Positions 19,144-28,959 of a stretch of DNA of 49,946 bases are shown in pieces. Under the pieces are notes generated by a model, which was not told the DNA's origin, did no database searches, and worked only from the letters and a program-made list of their open reading frames with translations. The translations under genes were made by a program, and so were the position numbers. Positions within the stretch are counted from its first letter, which is position 1. Every line of letters starts with the position of its first letter. Source of the stretch: Vulcanisaeta sp. AZ3 (lineage in GTDB: Archaea > Thermoproteota > Thermoprotei > Thermoproteales > Thermocladiaceae); contig JZWU02000009.1 in NCBI GenBank assembly GCA_000960865.2, positions 1-49,946 of the forward strand. Direction: 5' to 3'.

Positions 19144-19800
19144 ATGAAGTTAATTGAAATTTTCAAGTCCCGACAGGGTGAAGGTCCACATGCTGGTAAG
19201 GAGGCAATATTCCTAAGGCTGGCTCTTTGTAACTTACACTGTGTTTGGTGCGACACGAAGTATTCGTGGTATGGAGGCAATGAAGTTGGAGTTCTCGAAG
19301 TATTCCGTAGAATTGTTGAGATGAGTAATAATGAGGTTAAGCATCTTGTGGTTACTGGTGGCGAGCCATTGTTGTGGCGCCGTGAATTAAGTAGATTATT
19401 AAGTATGGTTAGAGATCTCGGTTATTTTATTGAAGTTGAGACGAACGGTACAATAAGCCCTGGAGAGCTTGTTTACTTAGTTGATGAGTTCAATGTTTCG
19501 CCTAAGTTATCGAACTCAGGATTACCTATTAGGGTTAGGTTTAATGAAAAGGCTTTAATGGATTTCGTGAGAAGTAGTAAGGCTGTGTTTAAGTTCGTGG
19601 TCGATAAACCAACTGATTTAGAAGAGGTTCTGTGGTTCATTAATAGGTTTAGAATACCCAAGGATAGAGTTTACCTAATGTCTCAATGTATAACCACCGA
19701 GGAGTGCTTACGTAAGGATGAGGAGGTTACAAGGCCTATGGCCATTAAATTAGGTGTTAATTACACGCCTAGGTTACATATACTCTACGGCTTTAGATAA
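19144..19800 (+). CDS. queE: 7-carboxy-7-deazaguanine synthase (radical SAM)
   Basis: EIFKSRQGEG, CNLHCVWCDT, TGGEP, ETNG, VSPK, PRLH. Confidence 0.93.
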   Translation: MKLIEIFKSRQGEGPHAGKEAIFLRLALCNLHCVWCDTKYSWYGGNEVGVLEVFRRIVEMSNNEVKHLVVTGGEPLLWRRELSRLLSMVRDLGYFIEVETNGTISPGELVYLVDEFNVSPKLSNSGLPIRVRFNEKALMDFVRSSKAVFKFVVDKPTDLEEVLWFINRFRIPKDRVYLMSQCITTEECLRKDEEVTRPMAIKLGVNYTPRLHILYGFR

Positions 19801-19831
19801 GTTTAAAGCCTGCCCAAGTCTTCCTGACCCT

Positions 19832-21330
19832 GTGTGTACAATAGGTGGCGCCTTGATACTGGGTAAGTTGGGTAAGGAAGAAGTTAGTGGAATTGAGGAG
19901 GTTCTTAAGAAGGCAATAATTAAGGGGGAGGAGAGGGGTAGGGACAGTTTTGGCGTTGTTTCATTAAGGAGGGATGGGTCGATAGTAGTTTTCAAGGATA
20001 GAGGCAGACCAAGTGAGGTTTTAGATAGGATTCCTAAATTAATTGATGAAGATACTGTTTTGTAATTTTTAATAATAGAGCCGAGCCAACAACTGAGTAC
20101 GTTGAGGTGAAGACGCAGGACGACATACAACCAATGATTGGCGAGCGCATTATAGTTGCTCATAATGGTACTATAGCTAACGATAAGGATCTTGAAATTA
20201 AGTTTGAGTTAAAACGTGGGTCTAAGATAGACACAGCGATACTTCCGCCGCTCCTTGAAAGATTTTGGAACGGCTCATTAGAGGATCTTAGAGAGGTATT
20301 AGTGAAGTACGTGGTTGGGAGTTATGCTCTTATTGTAGCTGACATGAAAAGACCTGGTAAGATTTGGCTTGCAACAAATTTCAAACCCCTCTATATGGCA
20401 TGGTATAGGGATTTAAGGACTATATTCTTTGCGAGCCTCGATGATTACCTAATTGATGATTGGAAAAAGCCGATTTGGGAACTACCCACAATAAAGAGGG
20501 TAGAGCCTTACAGTGCAGTTGAGATTGATACAGATGGTGGTTGGAGGGAGATAAGCCTTAGGAGTGATAATGGTGAGAGGAAGAGGGTTCTTGTAATAGC
20601 TAGTGGCGGTCTTGATTCAACCACGGCAGCTGCATCCTTATTGAAGCAAGGTTACGAGGTTGCGCTATTGCATTTTAATTATGGACATGTTGCTGAAAGC
20701 CCTGAAGATAAGGCTGTTAAGGAAATAGCGAATTTTCTTGGCGTACCCCTCATGGAAGTGAATATGGATTTCTTCAAGGTAATACGTCATTCTCCTCTTC
20801 TTGGCGATGGTAGTATTAATAGGGTTGATGAGGGTAAAGAGAGTGCAGAGTTCGCTCATGAGTGGGTTCCGGCCAGGAACTTCGTGTTTATTGCCTTGGC
20901 TACAGCCATAGCTGAGGCTTATGGATACGATTACATAGCTACTGGGGTAAATCTTGAGGAGGCTGGTGCATACCCTGATAATGAGATGGAATTCATAAGA
21001 CTCCTCAATAAGGTCATGCCTTACGCAGTAGGTCCGAACAAACATGTTGAGTTAATAATGCCCGTGGGTCACCTAGTTAAGCATGAAATAGTTAAGTTGG
21101 GTCTTGAGATTGGTGCACCCTTGCACCTGACCTGGAGTTGCTATGATAAGGGGCCTAAGCATTGTGGTCGTTGTGGTCCATGTTACATGCGTAGATGGGC
21201 ATTTAAGATTAATGGAGTTAGGGATCCTGTGGAGTACGAATTACCCATTGAGATTGAGGAGGAATTTTGGAGAGATTGCCAGCAATATGTAGTACCCGAA
21301 CCACCAGGTAGGGAGAAATCAAGGCATTAA
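19832..21330 (+). pseudogene. queC: GAT-QueC fusion (class II glutamine amidotransferase + preQ0 synthase) interrupted by a one-base frameshift at ~20058-20061
   Basis: GTG 19832 gives M-C-T-I-G-G (Ntn Cys) and ERGRDSFG, then TAA at 20063. The -1 frame continues VIFNNRAEPTTE...HNG, then QueC motifs SGGLDS, VPARN, YPD, TWSCY, CGRCGPC. Confidence 0.85.
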
Positions 21331-21378
21331 TTTAAGTCAGGTAGTTCTTTTAAAGCCTGTATTTCATGGACTGCCTGT

Positions 21379-22098
21379 ATGATATTGAGTTCATTGTATA
21401 GCTTAGCATACCTGTACGGAATAGCCCTATTCACTTACTTAGCCGCTGCTGGTGTACTATGGTTGTTGCATCGGTTTGGTAGGGAGGATTTATTATTACC
21501 CGTGGGGGCCATGGATTACATACTCCTCCTCACAATAAGTCAGTACATGGCTAGTAAGATAGGGGCATTTGTGGGGTCCTTAGTAATTCCCATGGGCGTA
21601 TTTACTTATAGTGCCTCCGTGGCTATCCTGGATTTCCTAACGTTGAAGTATGGCAGGAGGGTTGGTTATTGGGTCGTTAGGATAGCCGCATACCTACAAG
21701 CCCTAATATTCGTAATAAATTACTTAATCATCAATTACCCACCTGCACCATTCTGGGCATCTAATCAAGTAGCCTTCGCCCAAATTATGGGTGTTAGTGC
21801 GAGAATAGCCATAGCCTCAATAGCAGCCTTCCTAGCCTCTGAGACCTACGATGTGCATCTAGTGTCGAGGATTAGGGGTGGCATACTTAGGAGGGTTGGT
21901 TATTCAGACCCTGTGGTTATGACAATTGATACCTTAGTTTTCATACCAATAGCTTTTTACGGTGTCGTACCTAACATATGGCTGCTAATGGCTTCTCAAT
22001 TAAGTGTTAAGGTGAGCCTTGTACCATTGACAATGCTAGCTGTATGGCTGAATAGGAGGGCTCTTAAGTACGCTACCGCAATAACAACTAATAAGTAA
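21379..22098 (+). CDS. yhhQ: Queuosine-precursor (preQ0) transporter, YhhQ/VUT family
   Basis: Membrane protein with ASKI, ILDFLTLKYG, RIAIASIAAFLASETYDV, IDTLVFIPIAFYG; adjacent to queE/queC. Confidence 0.85.
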   Translation: MILSSLYSLAYLYGIALFTYLAAAGVLWLLHRFGREDLLLPVGAMDYILLLTISQYMASKIGAFVGSLVIPMGVFTYSASVAILDFLTLKYGRRVGYWVVRIAAYLQALIFVINYLIINYPPAPFWASNQVAFAQIMGVSARIAIASIAAFLASETYDVHLVSRIRGGILRRVGYSDPVVMTIDTLVFIPIAFYGVVPNIWLLMASQLSVKVSLVPLTMLAVWLNRRALKYATAITTNK

Positions 22099-22121
22099 AA
22101 AATAAAATAAAAATTCAGTTT

Positions 22122-22424
22122 ATGGAGTTATTTCGTATGCCTAGGGCATTAAAGATTGATTCCAGGGATAACGTGGCTGTGTTGCTCGAGGATGTTAAGG
22201 CAGGCGATTTAGTCGAAGTCGTAGGTCAGGAGGTTAGGGATTACGTGACTGCTGTGCAAGAGATTAAGCAAGGGCATAAGATAGCTCTCGTAGATATACC
22301 CAAGGGGTCCTATGTGTATAAGTACGGTGAGCCCATAGGCATTGCCACTAGAGATATTAAGAGGGGAGAGCATGTTCATGTTCATAACCTAGACAGTGTA
22401 AGGGGTAAGGTGATGAATGTATGA
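22122..22424 (+). CDS. SAF-domain small subunit of UxaA/GarD/SuyA-type dehydratase
   Basis: DNVAV, GHKIAL, KYGEPIG, GEHVHVHN. Confidence 0.88.
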   Translation: MELFRMPRALKIDSRDNVAVLLEDVKAGDLVEVVGQEVRDYVTAVQEIKQGHKIALVDIPKGSYVYKYGEPIGIATRDIKRGEHVHVHNLDSVRGKVMNV

Positions 22425-23602
22425 AGAGGGAGTTCTTGGGTTACGAAAGGCCTAAGGGGGCTCCTGGAGTTAGAAATTACGTGCTAATAATACCAACAGT
22501 AATCTGCAGCCTAGGTGTGGCAACTACTACAAGAAGGGTCCTTGACCAATTAGGTGAGTCTAGGGGAATGGTTAGGGTGCTTAATAATCCATTTGGTTGT
22601 GGGCAGGTTGGTGAGGACTTAGAGCAGACCACGAGGACTCTCATAAATACGGCATTGAATCCAAATGTCTATGGAGCTGTAGTTGTTAGTCTTGGTTGTG
22701 AGAGTGTGGATGCTGAGGATGTGGCTAGGGAGATTGGTACGGAGAAGCCTGTGGAGTTAGTTAGGGTTCAGGATTATGGTTATGGTAAATCGATAGAAAG
22801 AATTAAAGAGAGTGTTAAGAGGATGGTTGAGGAAGCTTCAAAACTACAGAGGAGGAGCTTTGATGTTTCAGAACTAACAATAGGCCTTGAATGCGGTGGT
22901 TCGGATTGGACTAGCGGTCTAGTTTCCAATCCTTTAGTTGGTAGGGTTTCAGATATGCTTATCGAAGCTGGTGGTTCATCAATAATTAGTGAAGTCCCTG
23001 AGTTCATAGGTGCCGAACACCTATATGCGAAGAGAGCAGTTAATGATAAGGTTAGGGGGGATGTTATGAATGCCGTTAGGTGGTATGAAGAGTGGCTAAA
23101 GAGGGAGGCTAAGGTAGATTTTAGGGGAGCCCAGCCATCCCCAGGCAATATAGCTGGTGGAATAACGACAATCGAGGAGAAATCCCTAGGGGCCATTAAG
23201 AAATCAGGAACAGCACCAGTTAAGGGGGTTCTGAAATTTGCTGAGAGAATAAGGGATAAGGGGCATTACTTAATGATAACTCCAGGTTACGATGTAGAGT
23301 CTGTCTCAGGCATGGTTGCTGGTGGTGCCCAATTAGTATTATTCACCACAGGTAGGGGGACGCCCACGGGGCATGTAATAGCCCCCGTCATTAAGATAAC
23401 TGCTAATAGGGATACGTGCAAGGTAATGAATGATTTCATAGATTTTTGTGCAGCAGATGTACTTGAGGGTAAGAGAAGTATTGATCAAGCGGCTAATGAC
23501 CTATACGAATTAATGATTAATATTGCCAATGGTAAACTAACGAAGGCCGAGGAATTAGGGCAGGAAGACTTTGGAATATTTAGAATAGGACCCACATTCT
23601 GA
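22421..23602 (+). CDS. UxaA/GarD/SuyB-type dehydratase large subunit
   Basis: GVRN, SLGCE, GLECGGSD, SPGNIAGGITTIEEKSLG, FTTGRGTP; ATGA overlap with the SAF gene. Confidence 0.88.
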   Translation: MKREFLGYERPKGAPGVRNYVLIIPTVICSLGVATTTRRVLDQLGESRGMVRVLNNPFGCGQVGEDLEQTTRTLINTALNPNVYGAVVVSLGCESVDAEDVAREIGTEKPVELVRVQDYGYGKSIERIKESVKRMVEEASKLQRRSFDVSELTIGLECGGSDWTSGLVSNPLVGRVSDMLIEAGGSSIISEVPEFIGAEHLYAKRAVNDKVRGDVMNAVRWYEEWLKREAKVDFRGAQPSPGNIAGGITTIEEKSLGAIKKSGTAPVKGVLKFAERIRDKGHYLMITPGYDVESVSGMVAGGAQLVLFTTGRGTPTGHVIAPVIKITANRDTCKVMNDFIDFCAADVLEGKRSIDQAANDLYELMINIANGKLTKAEELGQEDFGIFRIGPTF

Positions 23603-23739
23603 TTATCGCCATTAACCCAATGCAAACGCAGAGCATAGCCTTAATTAGTACCGCCAAGTAGTCCAACATAGGAAACCTTAGTATTCTCTGTTCATAACGT
23701 AATTATCCTTAAAAGTGTATCTAATCCTTGAGTTGTGAT

Positions 23740-23858
23740 TGGCGGCCCCGCCGGGATTTGAACTTCCCCCGAGGGTTCTTGTCCCTCGTCCGGGTCCTAC
23801 GGCTCTCTACCATTTATGTCCGCAGGCCGCCGCTCTGTCCATGCTGAGCTACGGGGCC
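23740..23858 (-). tRNA. tRNA-Arg(GCG) with two introns: 15 nt at 37/38 (23805-23819) and 26 nt at 52/53 (23764-23789); CCA encoded
   Basis: Acceptor GGCCCCG/CGGGGCC-G-CCA; anticodon stem GCGGC/GCCGT with loop CT-GCG-G^A; T arm CCGG^G-TTCAAAT-CCCGG. Both introns form bulge-helix-bulge-like junctions. Confidence 0.93.
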
Positions 23859-23956
23859 TTAATCTTCATTTACTGGCTGGTATTAAGTCTTTAGCTTCCC
23901 CGGTCCTAAGGCGAGGCTTTCATTTATTTGTAATTAATTTATATTGAGGATTGGCA

Positions 23957-25849
23957 TTATCGTGATAATTGGTTGATATTCAACCCAGAGTCAATTGTAG
24001 CCTTAAATCTACGCCACCACTCGAGGTATTGCTCATAATCCTCAAAGGTCCACTCCTTAGAACCCATTTCCCTGGCCATTGTGGAGACCACATCCCTAGC
24101 TCTATCACCTTCCCACGGCATTGGCTGGACGCCAGCCTTCATTGAATACTCAGCCATCTCCCTATAGAGGTCTTTGTTTGGTGCCATGCCCGTAACCTCT
24201 ACATACAATTTCTCAAGTATAGGTTCAGCCCAACCTCTATGGAACCTACAGAGTCCTGAATCATCTATTAAGGACTCCATAATAGCTCTGTCTAGCGAGG
24301 ATTTAGCAAAGTCCTCAGGTTCCATGAAGGTCGGCGTATAATTAGTCCAGTACCTACCCAGTACATACATGGGGGCCACCATTCCTGGAGCCCAGTATAG
24401 GTTTGGCGTCATGTAGCCTTCGCTTCCATAAGCAACGTAAACCACAAGGTCCTTAAAGGACTTACCAATCATTGAAACTCTATCGTGGAACATATCATCA
24501 AGTTTCCTAGCAGCAACTCTAATGCCACTCTCGCTAATGATCTTAAGAATCTCTGTGGAGCCCTCAACAAACCCCCTAATTAACTCACGGGCAAGCCCTG
24601 CATTCTTTCTCGAATCAACCTCCGGGTCAAATTTGGTCGGGTCGAAAATCGGCTTATCAGTAAGCCCAACTTCATTTGGCTGTAATAACCCGTGTTCTAT
24701 TGCATCGAATATCCAAGCAATGACATGTCCCATTTCAATAGCATCAAGTCCATACTGATCAATCAAGTCCACAAGTGGCACAGCTTCCTCAAATATGTAA
24801 TTACCAATGAATGGACCCATGGCATGAAATGGTTCATAATCCACCTTCTTACCATGCCAAACCTTCTTACAAACCACGGAGCATCCGAAATCGCCACAAT
24901 TATACCAAGACTTACTCTTAACAAAGACCTCATCATTGAAAGGCTTCCAGAACAGCTTAAGTATGGCATCAACATGCCTCAGTCTCTCCTCCCTAGATAA
25001 GTAGATCGACTTATAACCGAAGAGGGGTAATAATTCACGATAGTGTGGGTAATTAACGCCGAAGGTGCCGCCAGTACCTATGCTTGGATCGAACCTGTAC
25101 TTAATAGTCTTCTCATTCATAACCTGCCTAAAAGGCTTCTTAAAGGCTTCCGTAGTCAATTCATTTACGAAGTTCATATCAGTAACCTTAACATATCTAG
25201 CTCCATGACGTCCGCCAGCCACAATACCAACAACATTATGACCCCTAGCCAATACACTGCCAGGACCACCCCTAGCCGCGAAATCCTCAGCACCAGGTCT
25301 AAACTCACCCCTCAATGGATTAACATCTATTGATACCAAGGCACCATTGTACGTTGTTAATGCCGCAGGACCCACAACAACAGCCCTGGCATTATACTTT
25401 ACAAAGAAGTCCCTATATGTATCGAGCAAGTACTTAGTAAAGGCATAAGCTCCCTCATAATTGCCATACTTAAACACGGGATTTATCCTCCTAATCTCAA
25501 CACCATCATTAGATGCAAATACGACCACGGGAAGCTCAGCCTTACCCACAATAATCATGGCATCTATGCCAGAACCCATGAACTTATAGGCAGCACCACC
25601 TAAGGCAGCCACATGCAAAGTCCTCGTCATTGGGCTCTTAAATGTAGCCACCAATCTATGGAAGCCCGGCATCTTACCGCCCACAAAGGGCCCCATTCCA
25701 ATTACAAAGGGAACCCTCGGATCAAAGGGATCAAGGCTCCAAGTACCCAGCTCATTATTTATCTTAACCCCCAAGCTAGCAGGTCCTTGTATGTTTATAT
25801 CCTCCATAGTAGTGGAATTCCTATCAAGATCGATTCTAAGTACCCTCAC
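23957..25849 (-). CDS. gor: Glyceraldehyde-3-phosphate:ferredoxin oxidoreductase (GAPOR, AOR family)
   Basis: AARGGPG, KYRFDP..GTGGTFGVNY, C...C..VCKK, KKVDYEP, GLDAIE, CRFHRGWAE match the GAPOR branch. Confidence 0.8.
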   Translation of the reverse strand: MRVLRIDLDRNSTTMEDINIQGPASLGVKINNELGTWSLDPFDPRVPFVIGMGPFVGGKMPGFHRLVATFKSPMTRTLHVAALGGAAYKFMGSGIDAMIIVGKAELPVVVFASNDGVEIRRINPVFKYGNYEGAYAFTKYLLDTYRDFFVKYNARAVVVGPAALTTYNGALVSIDVNPLRGEFRPGAEDFAARGGPGSVLARGHNVVGIVAGGRHGARYVKVTDMNFVNELTTEAFKKPFRQVMNEKTIKYRFDPSIGTGGTFGVNYPHYRELLPLFGYKSIYLSREERLRHVDAILKLFWKPFNDEVFVKSKSWYNCGDFGCSVVCKKVWHGKKVDYEPFHAMGPFIGNYIFEEAVPLVDLIDQYGLDAIEMGHVIAWIFDAIEHGLLQPNEVGLTDKPIFDPTKFDPEVDSRKNAGLARELIRGFVEGSTEILKIISESGIRVAARKLDDMFHDRVSMIGKSFKDLVVYVAYGSEGYMTPNLYWAPGMVAPMYVLGRYWTNYTPTFMEPEDFAKSSLDRAIMESLIDDSGLCRFHRGWAEPILEKLYVEVTGMAPNKDLYREMAEYSMKAGVQPMPWEGDRARDVVSTMAREMGSKEWTFEDYEQYLEWWRRFKATIDSGLNINQLSR

Positions 25850-25972
25850 GGATTAGGTTTTGTCGGTTATTAGTATAAGGTTTTTGTAATTAATTAGTGA
25901 ATAGGGTCGTTCTGGGTTTTCGGAGAAATACTTATTAACCCATTACACCCAGTTATACCTAGTAGACCCAGT

Positions 25973-26359
25973 ATGAGGGTTAAGGAGTTAATAAAGGATG
26001 GCATAATTTCTTGTAGGTCCACGGACCCGATAAAGTGTGCCGTCACAAAGATGTACATTAATAATGTGGGTAGTGTCCTCATAATTGATGAGAATGATAA
26101 ACCTATCGGTATATTCACAGAGAGAGATTTAGTGAGAGTCATTGCTGAGAATATAAGCCTAGACGCGCCACTACTAAAAGTGATGAGTAGAAGACTAATC
26201 ACAGCAACTGCAATGGAATCCTTAGTATCAGCGGCAATGAAAATGGTAGAGAACAACATAAGACATCTACCCGTAGTTGAAGAAGGAAAGGCAATCGGTA
26301 TGGTAAGCATTAGAGACCTACTTAGGACGCTAATGTCGGAGGAATTAGCATATCCATAA
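25973..26359 (+). CDS. CBS-domain pair protein
   Basis: NVGSVLI, GIFTERDL, IRHLPVV, GMVSIRDL. Confidence 0.9.
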   Translation: MRVKELIKDGIISCRSTDPIKCAVTKMYINNVGSVLIIDENDKPIGIFTERDLVRVIAENISLDAPLLKVMSRRLITATAMESLVSAAMKMVENNIRHLPVVEEGKAIGMVSIRDLLRTLMSEELAYP

Positions 26360-26445
26360 TACAAGTAAATCCTTAATAACAACTCAACAAGCATTACCGT
26401 AAGGAAAACCTTAAAAACACAGGGCTACATGGTCTAGCGACCAAA

Positions 26446-26575
26446 CCGAGGTAACCCGGCCATAGGCGAGGTGGAACCACCTGAACCCACCAGAACTCAG
26501 AAGTGAAACGCCTCGCCGCGCACGGAAGTACTGCGGTCCGGGAGGCCGCGGGAAACCGGCGTGCCGGGGCCTCGG
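26446..26575 (+). rRNA. rrf: 5S rRNA (not linked to 16S/23S)
   Basis: Terminal helix CCGAGG/CCTCGG; CGGCCATAG, ACCC...GAAC, GAAGTGAA, AGTACTG...GGGAAAC. TTAAAAA promoter at ~26410. Ends approximate. Confidence 0.93.
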
Positions 26576-26645
26576 GGTTATAACTTATTTTCACATTTAA
26601 TAACGTTTTATTTAATGCTATAATTTATGTAAAACTATACTTTTA

Positions 26646-27227
26646 TTAAATCTTCGACAATTTATGTGCTGTGTCCATGAGTGTCGTTGTCACTACCCAA
26701 ATATCTATGATTAAAATCCCATAGGCCTCTTCTGTGGCTGCCGAGGGCCAGGGTACAAGTAGTGCTATTATGGGTGCAATAATTCCAAGGAGTAATGTGA
26801 ATAGACCGAAGCTCTTATCTTTCGTAATTAATGAACCCACACCCCATGTTATTAAGGCCATATCCATTTGAATAAAGAACCAAGTAGATACGAAGACATG
26901 CGGTTCTGTACCCTCGTGATAAATACCTATTAATGCAAGGAATATTCCCGCTATGAAGACGAAGGCTGAGGCAAAGCTCTCAATTTTATTCCTCGAGATC
27001 AGAAGAAGGTCTATTGAGTATAAGTCCACAAATATAGAAGTTATTACGAGCCCGTAATTATAAATCCACGGGTTAGTGGCATGGGGGCCTCCTAAATCGC
27101 TAAAGGCGTTTCTCGTAAATACGAACCAAGGATTAGCACTGATGCTTATGGCTATCACGATCCACGCCATTATCACGGCTATGACCCCCGTAATCCTAAG
27201 AAAATCCCTAACGCTCATGGTAATCAC
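26646..27227 (-). CDS. DUF998-like membrane protein
   Basis: NPWF...NAFSDLG, YNYGL, LALIGIYHE...H..VS. Confidence 0.7.
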   Translation of the reverse strand: MITMSVRDFLRITGVIAVIMAWIVIAISISANPWFVFTRNAFSDLGGPHATNPWIYNYGLVITSIFVDLYSIDLLLISRNKIESFASAFVFIAGIFLALIGIYHEGTEPHVFVSTWFFIQMDMALITWGVGSLITKDKSFGLFTLLLGIIAPIIALLVPWPSAATEEAYGILIIDIWVVTTTLMDTAHKLSKI

Positions 27228-27236
27228 GGTTTTGTT

Positions 27237-28430
27237 CTAAATCTCAACAGTTAGCGTTTCCGTATCCCTTGGATAATACGTTATTATCTCAATATCGTCC
27301 TCCCTAATCACCACAGTATCCGAATGCCTAAATCCACCAAGACCAGGTACGTATATCCCTGGTTCAACAGTTATAACCATGCCAGGCCTCAGTACAGTTT
27401 CATCACCAATATCAAGAAATGGCGCCTCATGAGCCTCAAGACCAAGCCCATGCCCACTATGATGCAGTAAATATTCATACACGCCCAATTCCTTAGCCAT
27501 CCTAATTACAGCCCCATCAACCTCAGACGCCTTAATACCTGGTTTCAATACGTTGAGCGCCGAATCTTGAAGCCTCAGTGCCATCTCGTGGTACTTAACA
27601 ATCTTGTCCGTTGGTTTACCTACAAATATATTCCTCTCTAACTCAGCCATGTAACCACCCACATCTGCTGAGGCTCCCGTGACTAAGACATCACCAAGCT
27701 TAATAGGTCTCTCAACACTTATAGAATGCGGGTACGCACTATGCTCCCCTACCTGGCCTCTAAACCCTGCAAAGGCTGGGTATTCGGACCTCATGGGCTT
27801 ATACTGGGGTCCCAAAGCTTTTTTCATCATCAGTGATGCGTCTAGGGATGCCCTTAGTGAGATTTCATAATCATAAAGACCTGGTGCCGTATAGTCTTGT
27901 AATAAGGAGTGAGCTAGATTTGCCCACTTAGCACTTTCTCTAAGTAACTCAATCTCTACGTCAGACTTTATAATTCTCATTGAGTATACATCATCAGCAA
28001 CATTTACGAATTTAACATTGGGCATTAACTCGGTAAGGCTGGGGCCCTTATAACCCCAGTAGTTTGCGTAGCCGGGTGTTGAGTCATAACCTATTACTGA
28101 ATTATCTAGGTGCAACTCCCTGAACCACTCAATGAATAATTTAATTGGATGAGTCTCCCCTGGGTAGTCCCTATACGTGTAAACCTTGGATATGAGTTTC
28201 GTTTGCTCCATCACATGGTCTCTCTCGAGTAATGGACCGAAGAAATAAATCTCCCCATTATTACGTATTACAATCGCCGCAGGTCTCTCAGTCTGAAGAT
28301 AATAAAAGCCCACGAAATAAGCCATGTTTACTGCATTATTTATGTACACAGCATCTAACCCTTTACTAACCATTAGCCTCTGCAACGAATTTAACCGCCT
28401 TTCAAACTCTTTAGTTGGTACTGCGTACAT
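27237..28430 (-). CDS. Xaa-Pro peptidase (M24B family)
   Basis: RIIKSDVEI, SAYPH, HHSGHGLGLEAHE, TVEPGIY, GFRHSD. Confidence 0.9.
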   Translation of the reverse strand: MYAVPTKEFERRLNSLQRLMVSKGLDAVYINNAVNMAYFVGFYYLQTERPAAIVIRNNGEIYFFGPLLERDHVMEQTKLISKVYTYRDYPGETHPIKLFIEWFRELHLDNSVIGYDSTPGYANYWGYKGPSLTELMPNVKFVNVADDVYSMRIIKSDVEIELLRESAKWANLAHSLLQDYTAPGLYDYEISLRASLDASLMMKKALGPQYKPMRSEYPAFAGFRGQVGEHSAYPHSISVERPIKLGDVLVTGASADVGGYMAELERNIFVGKPTDKIVKYHEMALRLQDSALNVLKPGIKASEVDGAVIRMAKELGVYEYLLHHSGHGLGLEAHEAPFLDIGDETVLRPGMVITVEPGIYVPGLGGFRHSDTVVIREDDIEIITYYPRDTETLTVEI

Positions 28431-28466
28431 TATTAATGATGCTCAAATAATCAATTTAACATTTAC

Positions 28467-28913
28467 TTAGCCAAACAGGTTTATCTCAGGTACATTCTCG
28501 GTGCTGGATTTCTCGGTGAGTACATCATTGCTTATCTCAATTATATACTTAAGTTTCGCAGTGTAAACCACGTTATTTCCCTCCTCACCGGTTGGTGTAA
28601 GCGGTATTTCTCCATTGACCCTGGCATACCCCTTCTCCTCATTTTCCCTCATTAACTTCCAAACCATGCCAATGCTATACTTTCCCTCAACCTCCTTGAT
28701 GTCCCAAGTCCTCTCACCTGGTGTTAAGCCGTAATCGCTGGAGAAGGACTTAACTAGCTGCATGAAGCTTGTGCCTGAATCATCAAGGGATACTGATAGA
28801 CCGGCCTCTCTAGGCCACCTCTCAAGTCTCCTTTTTCTGGCTTCCTCGTTTGCCGACTTGCTAATTTTTATTGGTACTTCTAAATCTCTCTCGTAGACAG
28901 GCGTGAAGCTCAT
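28467..28913 (-). CDS. Hypothetical protein
   Basis: 148-aa ORF with normal composition and a TTTTTAA box ~26 nt upstream; no recognised motif. Confidence 0.7.
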   Translation of the reverse strand: MSFTPVYERDLEVPIKISKSANEEARKRRLERWPREAGLSVSLDDSGTSFMQLVKSFSSDYGLTPGERTWDIKEVEGKYSIGMVWKLMRENEEKGYARVNGEIPLTPTGEEGNNVVYTAKLKYIIEISNDVLTEKSSTENVPEINLFG

Positions 28914-28959
28914 ACAGGGTGCAATACCTTGGACTGAGTTAAAAATGCTTTTCTAGTCA

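Noticed and set aside
19754-19831. N-terminal extension of the 103-aa ORF
   Set aside because: Overlaps queE; the Ntn amidotransferase needs Cys at position 2, which fixes the start at GTG 19832.
25894-26394. 166-aa antisense ORF, and the many other short ORFs nested in or antisense to called genes
   Set aside because: Fully overlap well-supported CDSs and show reverse-complement amino-acid bias.
26394-26594. 66-aa ORF on the minus strand
   Set aside because: Antisense shadow of the 5S rRNA gene.
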